64,000 bases of DNA from an uncultured archaeon (GCA_902384685.1 CABMCU010000108.1:2344-66343); one strand, 5' to 3'. Shown: positions 1 through 10,818, counted from the stretch's first letter. The notes: a model not told the origin generated them from the sequence alone. A program made the numbers and translations.

Positions 1-244
1 TCCCATTCTTTGCCTTTTTGTCTGGTTGATTGTTTTTTTAACATAATCGGTTCTGGTGGTATAATCAAGCGCGTAGATCATCCCTCATATACATAGTAGA
101 TGGCATATCGTATTGCAAAATCCTATTTATGCTTTTAGGAAAAAATGGCTTCCATTTTCTTTATTAACCGAAGATAAACTATTTATAATCGAGTTATCTA
201 TTATAGACAGACAATAAAAAATTACTATTTAGGGGGTCAATATT

Positions 245-1885
245 ATGAAGAAGTTTGTAAAAATATTATGTACGCTTTTAATTTTAATAACAATGATCCT
301 TTCTACCTCTGCTTTTGCAAAGCAAATACAACCAATCACCTTCACGAAACAATCCAAGGAAATCTATAATCCACAGATCAATCATACTGTGATAACACCA
401 GTATCTTGCACAGATTTCGATCCATTGGATGAAAATATTATTGTGACGGTTACTATCAAGGAAATCAGAGCACTCAAGACAATCGATATCCTTTCTAATC
501 CTGATTTTTATGTAAAAGTCAAAATCAATGATAAAGAATTTATCAGTGATGTTTGGCAAAACATGATATATGTGGAAAACCCAAATTGGTCTGTCTCCTG
601 TGAGATTCCAAAAGATAATGAGTTCGTCAATGTCTCCATTGCACTGTGGGATAAGAGCAATGGATTGGACCGTCTCTGTGATATCAGCCCGGATTCCGGG
701 AATTTTACACAGGCTCGTACGGCCGAGCTAACCTACAGTATCGCCACTGGAATCTGGTTCGGGCGTGCTGATCCTATAAATGATGATTTTCTAGGTGATG
801 ATTATCTCGAGGATCCAAGTGGATATGGACGACTTAGCGGAATTGATGATAACAGCATTTACGAACAAGATAGAGATTGTGAACTCTGGTTTACTATTTC
901 ACAAAATGATTTTGATGGCGATGGGCTTCCATATTGGCTTGAAGTAAATATGTACAACACCAGCCCCTTGATCAATAATCACGGTGAAGATGCAGATAAC
1001 GATGGTGTTCCCATTGAGTGGGAACATACCTTTGGATTAGAATATTCTGAATGGGGGCATAACCAGGGGTACTACATGGTTTGCGACCCCTTCAAATGGG
1101 AGAATCAATCAACCTTAGACCCTGACAAAGAAGCGTTAGACAACATTGAGGAATATAAGACATGGCAATGGGGATCAGATCCCTTCAGACAAGATATTTT
1201 CATTGAAATTGATCAGATGGCATTAGGTCCGAATGGTGAAGGCAGCACTGTTCCAATTCAAGCATATGATATACTAAGAGATTCCTATGCGAGGCACAAC
1301 ATTGTTTGGCATATCGATGATGGTCGTCTTGGTGGTGGTGAATTTATCCCCTTCAAAAATACGTTTAATGACAATGATCTTAATCTATGGTACTGGAACT
1401 ACTTCATGCATGGGGATGCACATAACTGGCGACGAGGAGTTTTCCGCTGGTGCATCACTACATATAATTATTCCTGGGCGAAAGGTTTTACATTTGCATC
1501 AAACATCAATGGGACACATGCCCTTGATTGTTTCTCACTTTCGACAAAATACCATGACATGCGGGCAAAAATCTTTCCTATCATTGATGGATGTTACCGA
1601 CGAACGTTCAATAGGGAAATGAATCGAGCGTTTGTGTATGCGGGAGCCATTATGCATGAAACTGGACATACTTTAAACATTCGTGCTCCCGGATGTGATG
1701 CACCTAATACCGTATGGCCTTGGCAAGTTAATTACTGGCGATATGGGCCATATAAGAGTGTTATGAATTACCGATATATTTACAATGGAATCGATGATTA
1801 TTCAGATGGTTCCCATGGAAAAAACGATTATGATGATTGGGGAAATATCGATCTTACGTTGATCAATCCAGGAATCCATTGGTAA
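245..1885 (+). CDS. Secreted putative zinc metallopeptidase-like protein (HExxH motif, Asp-rich Ca-binding-like repeats)
   Basis: N-terminal signal peptide (MKKFVKILCTLLILITMILSTSAFA). Single HEXXH motif (IMHETGHTL) near the C-terminus. DxDxDG-like repeats (DFDGDGLPYW, DADNDGVPIEW). Family not recognised. Confidence 0.4.
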   Translation: MKKFVKILCTLLILITMILSTSAFAKQIQPITFTKQSKEIYNPQINHTVITPVSCTDFDPLDENIIVTVTIKEIRALKTIDILSNPDFYVKVKINDKEFISDVWQNMIYVENPNWSVSCEIPKDNEFVNVSIALWDKSNGLDRLCDISPDSGNFTQARTAELTYSIATGIWFGRADPINDDFLGDDYLEDPSGYGRLSGIDDNSIYEQDRDCELWFTISQNDFDGDGLPYWLEVNMYNTSPLINNHGEDADNDGVPIEWEHTFGLEYSEWGHNQGYYMVCDPFKWENQSTLDPDKEALDNIEEYKTWQWGSDPFRQDIFIEIDQMALGPNGEGSTVPIQAYDILRDSYARHNIVWHIDDGRLGGGEFIPFKNTFNDNDLNLWYWNYFMHGDAHNWRRGVFRWCITTYNYSWAKGFTFASNINGTHALDCFSLSTKYHDMRAKIFPIIDGCYRRTFNREMNRAFVYAGAIMHETGHTLNIRAPGCDAPNTVWPWQVNYWRYGPYKSVMNYRYIYNGIDDYSDGSHGKNDYDDWGNIDLTLINPGIHW

Positions 1886-1946
1886 TTTGATTATCAATAG
1901 AGGAGACAAAGAGCATCAATATCTATTCTTTTTTTTTATTATTTGA

Positions 1947-3308
1947 TTAGAGTGAGTAATGAATAGGGAGTTTCTGAATTAAAAATTGATATTTCCCCCG
2001 ACTAGTCAGAGGAATAGAATCCATATATATAATAGATAATGAAAATTCGTTTCCTAATCGTGTTTTAAAATTTTCTCTGATATGACGTACATCATCATCC
2101 GAGTATCCTTCTTTTTTTACAATATGAAGAATAATTTCTCCTTCATGATCTTGGTACAATTGATATTCTTTCATATTCGGTGATGATTTTGCAATAAGTT
2201 GAAGCACCCCCATCAATGGTACGAGTCGTTTGGTTTTTGATACCATAAAATCCTGTACCCTTCCTCCGATCGTTTTAAAGACTGGATAGTTTCTTCCGCA
2301 TTCGCAGCGATGTGTCGTATATGTCGCTATGTCTTCTGTTTTATAACGTATAAAAGGAAAAATTCCGGTATGAAAACCTGTAGCAACAATCTCTCCGGAT
2401 TCATCCTCTTTTGTCACTTGTTGACCATTTCTATCAATAAGTTCTACAAGTCCGTAATCTGGGAAGATGTGGTAGGAGTTACTCTTTTCGCAGGTTCCTG
2501 CAAGAATGCATTGTTCTCGATGGCCGTATTGATCGTGTACTCTGCATTTGAAAAATTTTTCGAGAAATTCACGTTGCCAATCGTAGATGTTTTCTCCGAA
2601 GCAAAAAATTGCTTTCAGTTTTTTCAATTCCATGGAGTGGTGTTGCATATATGTCGCAAGCATTGTAATTGCCGATGGATACCCTATAAAATATTGTGGT
2701 TGAAGACGCTTGATTTTTTTTACGTAAATTGGTAGATTTTGATCCGTCATGTGATAAGAGGAAAGAACAAGAGTTCGAGATAATGGGCGATATTCCCAAG
2801 GTTTTTCCCTACCAATGATTTGAACAGATTTGTCCATGGCATGGCAACCAGCACGCTCAAGGAGTATTGTCATATAGGCGAGGTGTTTTGCGAACCATAC
2901 CCCTTTTTCTATTGAGAATCTAAGAAGATAACCGGTTGATCCGCCGGTACTAGTTTCCTCAAAGTTGTACGTTGGGTAATTGATTGCTTTGAGTTCGTTT
3001 GAATATTTTTGTACTATTTCTTTTGTAAGAAATGGTAGTTGTTGAAAGTCATGAAGGGTTTTAATGTTGTCTGGTGTGATACCTTGTGTTTTGAAGAGTT
3101 TTTTATAATACGGCACATGTTCATACGCATGGTTGAGTAACGAGATAAGTTGTTGCCATTGATACTTTTTTATTTGTTCAAGAGACCAGTATTGTGAGTG
3201 TTTAACAAAGTTGTAAGTTTTTTGAAATGATGATCTGTAGATAAGTGTGGTTAATGCCGTTCCACGTCCTGTATCTTCATTGAAGAGGTATTCCCAGAGT
3301 TTTTGCAT
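1947..3308 (-). CDS. Adenylate-forming enzyme, phenylacetate-CoA ligase / CapK / F390-synthetase-like family
   Basis: AMP-binding P-loop-like motif TSTGGSTG, ~450 aa and overall layout typical of PaaK-like ligases. TAA stop. Confidence 0.5.
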   Translation of the reverse strand: MQKLWEYLFNEDTGRGTALTTLIYRSSFQKTYNFVKHSQYWSLEQIKKYQWQQLISLLNHAYEHVPYYKKLFKTQGITPDNIKTLHDFQQLPFLTKEIVQKYSNELKAINYPTYNFEETSTGGSTGYLLRFSIEKGVWFAKHLAYMTILLERAGCHAMDKSVQIIGREKPWEYRPLSRTLVLSSYHMTDQNLPIYVKKIKRLQPQYFIGYPSAITMLATYMQHHSMELKKLKAIFCFGENIYDWQREFLEKFFKCRVHDQYGHREQCILAGTCEKSNSYHIFPDYGLVELIDRNGQQVTKEDESGEIVATGFHTGIFPFIRYKTEDIATYTTHRCECGRNYPVFKTIGGRVQDFMVSKTKRLVPLMGVLQLIAKSSPNMKEYQLYQDHEGEIILHIVKKEGYSDDDVRHIRENFKTRLGNEFSLSIIYMDSIPLTSRGKYQFLIQKLPIHYSL

Positions 3309-3526
3309 ATCTCCTCTGCTTTTGTCTTGTCGTAGGAGTTGATAACTGCTACATAATATTTTCTGTAGAAAGGGAAAAGTGGAAGAGTTATCCTGTTATT
3401 TTCTCTTTTAGCTCAGTTTCATAAAAAACTTCCATAACATTTATATACTCACATAAATAATATTAAACCCAGTGAGGCAAAAAAGCATTAAAAATAAATG
3501 CATATGGACAATACTCGAGGAATTCA

Positions 3527-5443
3527 ATGAAGAAAATCATCCCTATTTTCATAATAGGTACATTGATCTTTTGTGGATTTGGAGTAGCTGCATTTAACTC
3601 TGATAATTTCATGGAAAAAGAATTGATTTCAAAAAGTAATTCAACGTCATTCCAGTTTTCATCAAAACCAATTCTATGTGAAAAAGAAGAATCGGTGCAA
3701 ATAGAAATAAATGGAACGACTTCCCAATTACTTGAACCCAATAAACCAGTATTGCCTATATTCGTGAAATTATATCAATTGCCCTATGGATCAAAAAATA
3801 TAAAAGTAATATGTAATCCAAAAGATATCGGTACTATAATTCTTACAAAAAAGATAATATCTGCTCGAATCGCTCCCTTATCAAAAATAAATAATCTTAA
3901 AATCAGTATGAATGATTGTACAGTCTACAATAGTTCTGCGTTCTATCCAAACAATTGGTATAAATATGATATTAGTGCAGGGTGTGATTCTAATAACACC
4001 GAGGTTATTTTTGTAAAAATTATCTGCTATCCAATTCGATACTCACCAGCAAATGATCAGATTGATTATACAACCCACTTTGATATAATAATATCATATG
4101 ATACTCCGATGATAATATCACAAACCATAGATGAATATGATATGGTGATTATTGCTCCTAAATCATTTGAATCAAATCTACAGCCACTTATTGATTTTAA
4201 GAATAGTAAAGGATTAAAGACGACATTCAAATCAGTAGAAGATATCTTTAATGAATACAATGGAGCTGACCCCCCAGAGCAAGTGAAATACTTCATTAAA
4301 TATGCGTACGACACCTGGGGTATCAAATACGTCATGCTTGTTGGTGGGTTAAAATCTCATATTTACGCGAAAGATAAAGATACCGGATCCGCTGGTTGGA
4401 AAGCGTGGTGGGTCCCAGTTCGATATGTCAATATACCAGAGGAGGATGATGAAGGATGCTTATCTGATCTTTATTATGGATGTTTGTATAATGCAACAGG
4501 TGCTTTTGACAGTTGGGATTCAAATCATGATGGTGTCTACGCCGCATGGGGCGCGCCAGGTGTTGCAAAAGACACATTCGATATGAACCCTGAGGTCTAC
4601 GTAAGTCGGTTACCTGTTGCAAACAAGATAGAAGTAAGTCAAATGGTGAAGAAAATCATTACCTATGAACGCAGTGGTCCAGATGCAAAACCCTGGTATA
4701 AGAACTTTATTGGTATTGGTGGAAAAACATTTGATTATTATGAAGGTAAACCTGATGGTGAGTACCTCTGTGACCTCGAATTTAACTATACAAAGAATGC
4801 GATTCCTGATCTGAACCTGGTGACCGTATACTCAACAAACAGGAACACAAGTGGGTTCGTTCCGATAGCAAAAGATATTCAGAAAGCGATTTCCCAGGGT
4901 GCTGGATATGTTGATTTCGAAGGACATGGGAATCCTCTTGTCTGGGATACGATCTGGTTTGATGGATCTTATCCGAATGATTGGTGCGGAGGCATTCATC
5001 TCTACAATTTTCTGAAGATTTCAAATGGTGCAAAACTCCCTGTTGTCATTGTAGGAGGTTGTCACAATGGTTTATACAACGTATCACTTTTCAAGACGTT
5101 ATTTGATAAAGCGGGCACCCAGTACTTCTGCTATGGTATACCTATCCCAGTTTGTTTCAGCTGGGGACTTGTCGTGAAATCTCCTGGTGGAGCAATTGCT
5201 TCAACCGGTTGCACCGGCTATGGGATGGGATATGAAGGAAATCCAGTAAGTCTTACTGGAGAACTTGAGTCGAACTTCTTCTATGAAATAGGTAATGGTG
5301 CAACTTATCTTGCACAAGCTCACAGTCGTGCAATTCAGAAATTACTTGCTGAAAAAGAAATAGGGCAAATCGAAGCCTTCTGTATCACGAACTGGGCGCT
5401 TTTCGGTGACCCAAGTTTGAGACTTGGCGGGTATCCCTCCTAA
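3527..5443 (+). CDS. Secreted clan CD cysteine peptidase, C25 (gingipain)-like
   Basis: Signal/anchor N-terminus. Segment DMVIIAPKSFESNLQPLIDFKNSKGLKTTFKSVEDIFNEY matches the Peptidase_C25 N-terminal signature. Caspase-fold His...Cys dyad candidates (FEGHGNP ... VVIVGGCHNGLYN). Paralogue of 58398..60320. Confidence 0.55.
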   Translation: MKKIIPIFIIGTLIFCGFGVAAFNSDNFMEKELISKSNSTSFQFSSKPILCEKEESVQIEINGTTSQLLEPNKPVLPIFVKLYQLPYGSKNIKVICNPKDIGTIILTKKIISARIAPLSKINNLKISMNDCTVYNSSAFYPNNWYKYDISAGCDSNNTEVIFVKIICYPIRYSPANDQIDYTTHFDIIISYDTPMIISQTIDEYDMVIIAPKSFESNLQPLIDFKNSKGLKTTFKSVEDIFNEYNGADPPEQVKYFIKYAYDTWGIKYVMLVGGLKSHIYAKDKDTGSAGWKAWWVPVRYVNIPEEDDEGCLSDLYYGCLYNATGAFDSWDSNHDGVYAAWGAPGVAKDTFDMNPEVYVSRLPVANKIEVSQMVKKIITYERSGPDAKPWYKNFIGIGGKTFDYYEGKPDGEYLCDLEFNYTKNAIPDLNLVTVYSTNRNTSGFVPIAKDIQKAISQGAGYVDFEGHGNPLVWDTIWFDGSYPNDWCGGIHLYNFLKISNGAKLPVVIVGGCHNGLYNVSLFKTLFDKAGTQYFCYGIPIPVCFSWGLVVKSPGGAIASTGCTGYGMGYEGNPVSLTGELESNFFYEIGNGATYLAQAHSRAIQKLLAEKEIGQIEAFCITNWALFGDPSLRLGGYPS

Positions 5444-5780
5444 AAAACGTTTAAACTTTTTTTACTTCCTTTCGTTTCTTTTCACATTCTTCTCAATCAT
5501 TTTTTTTTTGAATTTTTGAAAGCTTTGAATTAAAATATCTAAGATGGATGATGAAAAGTGCAGAAATTGCATTGAAAATGCAAACACGATTAAACGTACA
5601 AAACCTCCAACATCCAACATCAAAAATTATTTAAGATTTATTTCAAAAATTCAAAAATACTTTTTAATCGTGTCTGTTATCACTTATCTTATACGAGAAT
5701 TTACGAGTACTTAATCAACTATATCGTGTAGAAATCTTTATATATAAGTTATTTCATTCGGCTTAAAAGCATATCGAAAA

Positions 5781-5790
5781 GTATAAAATA
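5781..5790 (+). promoter_or_regulatory. TATA-box-like element about 25 nt upstream of the tfb start (leaderless-type archaeal promoter)
   Basis: gtATAAAATa motif at -27 relative to ATG 5810 in an AT-rich spacer. Confidence 0.3.
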
Positions 5791-5809
5791 ATTATGGGGG
5801 CGTTGGTAA

Positions 5810-6766
5810 ATGGTACAAATGCAATCCAAAAAGAAAAAAGAGAAGCGACAAAGCATTGAAGAAATCATTCAATGCCCTGAATGTAATAGTACACATTTAA
5901 GTAAAGATTATGCGCGTGCAGAACTTGTCTGCGCAGATTGCGGCCTAGTAATTGATCAAGATTTTATTGACCATGGTCCAGAGTGGAGAGCGTTTGATAG
6001 CGACCAGCGAGAAAAACGAGCACGTGTCGGTGCTCCCATGACATACACGATTCACGATAAAGGTCTTAGTACTATGATCGGATGGAAAAACCGGGATTCC
6101 TATGGAAAATCTATTCCGACAAGAAATCGAGCACAGCTGTATCGACTCAGGAAATGGCAACGACGCATCAGAATTAGTGATGCAACTGAGCGGAACCTTG
6201 CGTTTGCGTTATCAGAACTTGATCGAATGGCATCTGGCATGGGTCTGCCGAGGACCGTACGAGAAACCGCAGCCATGGTGTATCGAAAAGCAGTTCTGAA
6301 GAACTTGATTCGTGGACGTAGCATCGAAGGAGTGTCTGCATCAGCGTTATATGCCGCATGTCGACAATGTAATGTGCCACGAACCCTTGATGAGATTGCT
6401 GCATCCTCTCGCGTCTCTCGGAAAGAAATCGGGAGAACCTACCGATTCATTGCTCGAGAATTAGGGTTGAAACTTATGCCAACATCACCACAGGATTACA
6501 TTTCACGGTTCTGTAGTGAACTGAAGTTGAGCGGTGATGTTCAGGCCAAAGCAATTGAGATATTAAAGGACGCTGCTGATAAAGAACTCACTAGCGGTCG
6601 AGGTCCAACAGGGGTTGCCGCTGCATCGATTTACATTTCATCGATCTTATGCGGAGAACGGAGAACCCAACGAGAAGTTGCAGATGTTGCTGGCGTGACA
6701 GAAGTCACAATCAGAAACCGATACAAAGAACTTGCAGAACGACTCGACATCGACATTATCCTGTAA
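5810..6766 (+). CDS. tfb: Transcription initiation factor IIB (TFB)
   Basis: N-terminal Zn ribbon CPECNS...CADCG, B-finger, two cyclin-like repeats. Strong match to archaeal TFB (e.g. [20 protein letters not shown]...G...AACLY-like repeats). Confidence 0.95.
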   Translation: MVQMQSKKKKEKRQSIEEIIQCPECNSTHLSKDYARAELVCADCGLVIDQDFIDHGPEWRAFDSDQREKRARVGAPMTYTIHDKGLSTMIGWKNRDSYGKSIPTRNRAQLYRLRKWQRRIRISDATERNLAFALSELDRMASGMGLPRTVRETAAMVYRKAVLKNLIRGRSIEGVSASALYAACRQCNVPRTLDEIAASSRVSRKEIGRTYRFIARELGLKLMPTSPQDYISRFCSELKLSGDVQAKAIEILKDAADKELTSGRGPTGVAAASIYISSILCGERRTQREVADVAGVTEVTIRNRYKELAERLDIDIIL

Positions 6767-6772
6767 ACAGTT

Positions 6773-7375
6773 ATGACGCGTTGGTACACCGAAAAAAAGA
6801 AAGAACATTTCTATAAAGAAGCAAAACGAACTGGATATCGAGCCCGCTCTGCCTTTAAATTACTGCAGATTCAACTCCGTTTTCATCTTATTCCAAAAAA
6901 TGGTATCGTCTTAGAAATCTTGGATGCTCCAGGTGTATAAATTAATGTAGCAAAAGAAATAGTTGGCGAACAAGGCATAGTCATTGGTGTGGATCTCTCA
7001 TCGATCCAACCATTAGAGAATGTACAGTTCATCCAGGGTGATATCACTCAAGCTGAAACCATAGTACGTATCAAGGACTTGATGAACAGCAGGAGGGCAG
7101 ATTTGGTATTGTCAGATATGTCTCCAGATATTTCAGGGTGTTATTCGGTTGATCAGGCACGAAGCGCATGGCTGTGTGAATGCGCACTTCGCGTCGTAGA
7201 TCAAATTTTAAAACAGGGCGGTCATTTTATCTGTAAAATCTTTGAAGGGGAAGATACTATAAAATTCATCGAGAAGGTGAAACATCGGTTTATTGTTGTG
7301 AAAACTTTTTCTCCTGAAGCCTCACGAAAAAGTAGCTCCGAGGTCTATATTATCGCAAAATCGTTCAAAAAGTAA
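6773..7375 (+). pseudogene. rlmE: rlmE/ftsJ (23S rRNA U2552 ribose 2'-O-methyltransferase) interrupted by an in-frame TAA at 6938..6940
   Basis: N-terminal piece (MTRWYTEKKKEHFYKEAKRTGYRARSAFKLLQI...LEILDAPGV*) and the 6989..7375 ORF (DLSSIQ...FIQGDIT...LVLSDMSP...) are in the same frame and align along E. coli RlmE. The TAA sits at the position of the conserved Trp of the GxAPGGW SAM motif, which is degenerate here (LDAPGV*). Confidence 0.6.
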
Positions 7376-7469
7376 TATATAGTATAAAATAATTACTTTG
7401 AAAACACTGATGAAAGAGTATATTATATAGGAGTTGATATCTGCTAAGTCTTACTAATCGGTTGAAACA

Positions 7470-8432
7470 ATGACAGACCAATTACTCTCCCTTGAAATAT
7501 TTCTTAAACACACGTATGAAGATATAGAGAAGAAAATAGATGAAACTATTACTGATCAGAATATTTTAGCTATACTAAAGGACGGGAAGCGATTGCGACC
7601 ATTACTTAGTGCGATTTCTTTTAAAACATGTACTGGGGGAGATGAATCATCGCAGCTATACCAACAGTTTTTAGAAGGAGCTGTAGCAATTGAGCTTGCG
7701 CATAGTGCCTCCTTGGTTCATGATGATATCATCGATGGTGATTTAACCAGGAGAGGCGAAGCGGCGTTCTATATTAAGACCGGTATTGATAACGCGATTC
7801 TGGTTGGTCATAAAATGCTGGTGGTTGGATTTAGCATTGCATTGTCTCATGGGGAAAAAATAGCGAAGCTGTATGTAGACGCTTGGGGTGGCACCCTCGA
7901 TGGGCAACTCAATGAAATCAATTTCAACAGTAAAGATCTCCAGGATATCAATTTCACTGCAGATTCAAAGTTCTTCCAGGTTTATAGTCGGATTATAGAT
8001 TTGAAGACAGCTACTTTATTTTCTGCAGCCTGTAAGGCTGCTGCGTATTGGGCAAATTCGTCCGATAAGGTTGCGGATGTCCTCGCAGAGTATGGAAGGG
8101 AAGTGGGATTTGCGTATCAGCTTGCTGATGATTTAGTTGATCTTGAGAAGGGTGAGATGATTGATAGTGTGGTTATCCCCCTCTTGACTCGACTTGAGAA
8201 GCGATCTGCGAAAAACGGTACTCTTAAAACACGATCGATTCGTAAGAAAATTGAGAAGAGATCACCTGAGATTAAAAAACTATATCTTGAGGAAATTTCA
8301 ACCCATGTAAATAAGGCGCGGATGATTTGTCAATCCCCGATTCTTCCGAATAATCAATTTAAGACATTTTTGTTAGATGCACCGTTTTATAGTATTAATA
8401 AAATGCTGGCGGAAATTTACATTAATATATAA
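7470..8432 (+). CDS. trans-Polyprenyl diphosphate synthase (GGPP synthase-like)
   Basis: First aspartate-rich motif LVHDDIIDGDLTRRG and second motif YQLADDLVD. ~320 aa. Confidence 0.75.
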   Translation: MTDQLLSLEIFLKHTYEDIEKKIDETITDQNILAILKDGKRLRPLLSAISFKTCTGGDESSQLYQQFLEGAVAIELAHSASLVHDDIIDGDLTRRGEAAFYIKTGIDNAILVGHKMLVVGFSIALSHGEKIAKLYVDAWGGTLDGQLNEINFNSKDLQDINFTADSKFFQVYSRIIDLKTATLFSAACKAAAYWANSSDKVADVLAEYGREVGFAYQLADDLVDLEKGEMIDSVVIPLLTRLEKRSAKNGTLKTRSIRKKIEKRSPEIKKLYLEEISTHVNKARMICQSPILPNNQFKTFLLDAPFYSINKMLAEIYINI

Positions 8433-8436
8433 TTTG

Positions 8437-9096
8437 TTATTGTGCTATGAGTATTGCCGCGTGATCTTTTTCAAATGGTGCAAGCTCTACTGTTTTTTTG
8501 AGTTTGAATTTCTTTTGTTGGAGGTAGGTGCAGACGAGTTCGTATGCTTGTTTTGGTTTGAGTGCAACATTTATGCTACGTGCTTTGACCATGATAAGCC
8601 CAATTCCTTTTGGTTTAAGGAATGTTGTGATGTTGCGGGTGAAGATTTCCGCTTGGTTTCTTTGGGAGATATCCTGATAGATGAGATCTACTAATGGGAC
8701 AATGCTTTTGTATCGCTCTGGGTGATTTGCATCTGAAAGAATCGGTATGATGTTTGGTCGTTTTTCGCTGACTTTGAGTAGGTCTATTACTGCGATCGGT
8801 GATGTTTCAACTGCGTAGATGGTGCCGTTTGTGATGATATCGGAAAGATGGCTAACCGTTGTTCCTGTTGCTGCACCAAGGTAAAGGATCTGTGCATCTG
8901 CTGCGATGTCAATGGTTAATCCTTTGAGAAGGGCTGCAGCAAGTTTGCTACGGAATGGATTCCAGGATCGATATTCTACGTTGTCTTCAGTGATGAGTTG
9001 TTCGTTGTAGACTCTTATTCCTTTGCAGGCTCCAGGGTTTTGTGTGAAAAGTTTATCGTTTTTTTTGAAAATGCCTGAATGTTCTATCGGTTGCAT
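8437..9096 (-). CDS. flpA: Fibrillarin-like rRNA/tRNA 2'-O-methyltransferase
   Basis: Length ~219 aa. Motifs VLYLGAATGTTVSHLSDI, YAVE.SP, typical archaeal fibrillarin. No nop5 gene adjacent. Confidence 0.9.
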   Translation of the reverse strand: MQPIEHSGIFKKNDKLFTQNPGACKGIRVYNEQLITEDNVEYRSWNPFRSKLAAALLKGLTIDIAADAQILYLGAATGTTVSHLSDIITNGTIYAVETSPIAVIDLLKVSEKRPNIIPILSDANHPERYKSIVPLVDLIYQDISQRNQAEIFTRNITTFLKPKGIGLIMVKARSINVALKPKQAYELVCTYLQQKKFKLKKTVELAPFEKDHAAILIAQ

Positions 9097-9185
9097 AGTT
9101 TTCCCTTATGAAATGTGACTGATAAATAGTTTTGTCGAAATAATTAATTAGGGTTTGTCCTATACAGGCGGGGGGTTTAGATAGT

Positions 9186-10310
9186 ATGGTGTTACGATCT
9201 CCATTATATAAGAATCAAGTGAAACTTAGTGCGAAATTTACTGAGTTTGCTGGTTTTGAGATGCCGATCCAGTATTCGTCGATTCGTGAGGAACATTTCG
9301 CAGTTCGTAGGAAGGTTGGATTGTTTGATGTGTCTCATATGAGTAACGTGTGGATTACTGGTTCGGATGCAGCAAAGCTGATTAGTCTGACGACCGTGGA
9401 GGATACATCTCGAGTGGAGAATGGAAAAAGTCAGTATACCGTGATTTTACGGGAAAATGGGACAATTATCGATGATACGATTTTCATGCATCTTGGCGAA
9501 AAATTCATGATGATTCCGAATGCAGGGATGAATCAGATTGTGACCAAGTGGCTTAATGAGCAGGCAAAAAACTATCATTTGAAGGCAAAAGTCGAGGATG
9601 TTTCCCATGAATATGTAATTCTTGCGATTCAAGGTCCCAAGTCAAAGGAGACATTGCAGAAGACGACTGATGTGAATCTTGATTCAGTGAAATTCTTTGA
9701 TTGTCAGATTGTGAAGGTTGCTGGTGTAGAGTGTATTTTATCGCATACTGGGTATACCGGTGAGCTTGGATTTGAGCTACAGATTACGCCGACGCGGAAA
9801 GCTTCGGTCGTATTTGACGCGCTTCTTTCTGCTGGAGAAGAATATGGGATTCAACCGATTGGACTAGGTGCACGCGATACGTTACGGCTGGAGAAAGCTT
9901 TTATGTTGGCAGGGAATGAATTCGAGGGTGGCCGGACTCCTCTTGAGGCCACGCTTGGATGGACGATTTTCTGGGATCATGAATTCATCGGGAAAGAAGC
10001 ATTATTAAAACAAAAGGAACAAGGGACATATCAGCGGATGACGTGCCTTGAATGCGTTGAGAAAGGTATTCCTCGCCATAAATGTGAGATTCAGAAGGAT
10101 GGCATAGTTGTTGGTAATGTCACGAGTGGAACGTTGTCACCATGTTTGAATATTGGTATCGCGATGGGATATGTCGCGCCTGATAAACGAGAAGTAGGCA
10201 ATATCCTTGATATCATGGTACGAGACAAACCATTAAAGGTAAAGGTGATAAAACCACCGTTTGTTCCGAAGGATTGGGCGCAAAAACACGAAGAGATTGC
10301 TACTAGATAA
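9186..10310 (+). CDS. gcvT: Glycine cleavage system T protein (aminomethyltransferase)
   Basis: GcvT-family sequence (MPIQYSSI.EEH.AVR...GLFDVSHM). Directly followed by gcvH. Confidence 0.85.
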   Translation: MVLRSPLYKNQVKLSAKFTEFAGFEMPIQYSSIREEHFAVRRKVGLFDVSHMSNVWITGSDAAKLISLTTVEDTSRVENGKSQYTVILRENGTIIDDTIFMHLGEKFMMIPNAGMNQIVTKWLNEQAKNYHLKAKVEDVSHEYVILAIQGPKSKETLQKTTDVNLDSVKFFDCQIVKVAGVECILSHTGYTGELGFELQITPTRKASVVFDALLSAGEEYGIQPIGLGARDTLRLEKAFMLAGNEFEGGRTPLEATLGWTIFWDHEFIGKEALLKQKEQGTYQRMTCLECVEKGIPRHKCEIQKDGIVVGNVTSGTLSPCLNIGIAMGYVAPDKREVGNILDIMVRDKPLKVKVIKPPFVPKDWAQKHEEIATR

Positions 10311-10440
10311 AAGATTGTTCGGAAATGAATCTACACATTTTTTGATAATAGCATAATAGGTGTGGTCGTATTCATTCTCTTTTATATTCTTGATGCAGAA
10401 AAGGTTTAAAACAACGAGGAAATACCATGTCTCGATTGCT

Positions 10441-10818
10441 ATGACACATGACGTAAGAGATGGTTTAAAATACACCAAGACACACGAATGGGTGAAACTG
10501 ACTGGATCCAAGGCAAAAATAGGGATCACAGACCACGCACAAGAAGAGCTGACTGATATCGTATTTGTCGAATTACCAACCGTTGGAAAAGAAATTAAAA
10601 AAGGTGAAGAACTCTGCGTCGTTGAATCTGTAAAATCTGTTTCTGAGGTATACGCACCGGTAAGTGGCAAGATTGTAGCGGTGAATACGAAGCTGGATGA
10701 TTCCCCAGAAATCATTAACAAAAGTCCCTATGATGATGGTTGGCTGGTCGAACTTGAAGTCAAAGATAAAGCAGAAGTCAATACACTGTTGGATGCAACT
10801 GCATATAAAAAATTATAA
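10441..10818 (+). CDS. gcvH: Glycine cleavage system H protein
   Basis: Lipoyl-lysine motif ESVKSVSEVYAPVSG. YTKTHEWVK N-terminus. Start moved to ATG 10441 (the ORF-track start is an upstream GTG extension). Confidence 0.85.
   Translation: MTHDVRDGLKYTKTHEWVKLTGSKAKIGITDHAQEELTDIVFVELPTVGKEIKKGEELCVVESVKSVSEVYAPVSGKIVAVNTKLDDSPEIINKSPYDDGWLVELEVKDKAEVNTLLDATAYKKL

Noticed and set aside
2310-2735. Antisense ORFs embedded in confidently assigned genes (e.g. 2310..2735, 10233..10721, 30822..31214, 36853..37308, 40443..40799)
   Set aside because: They are fully overlapped on the opposite strand by longer ORFs with clear homology, have odd compositions and lack start contexts. Treated as spurious six-frame artefacts.
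8437-9096. Expected nop5 (Nop56/58) partner next to fibrillarin
   Set aside because: Fibrillarin is flanked by a polyprenyl synthase and gcvT, and no Nop5-like ORF is present. This is noted as an absence only and is not a feature of the window.
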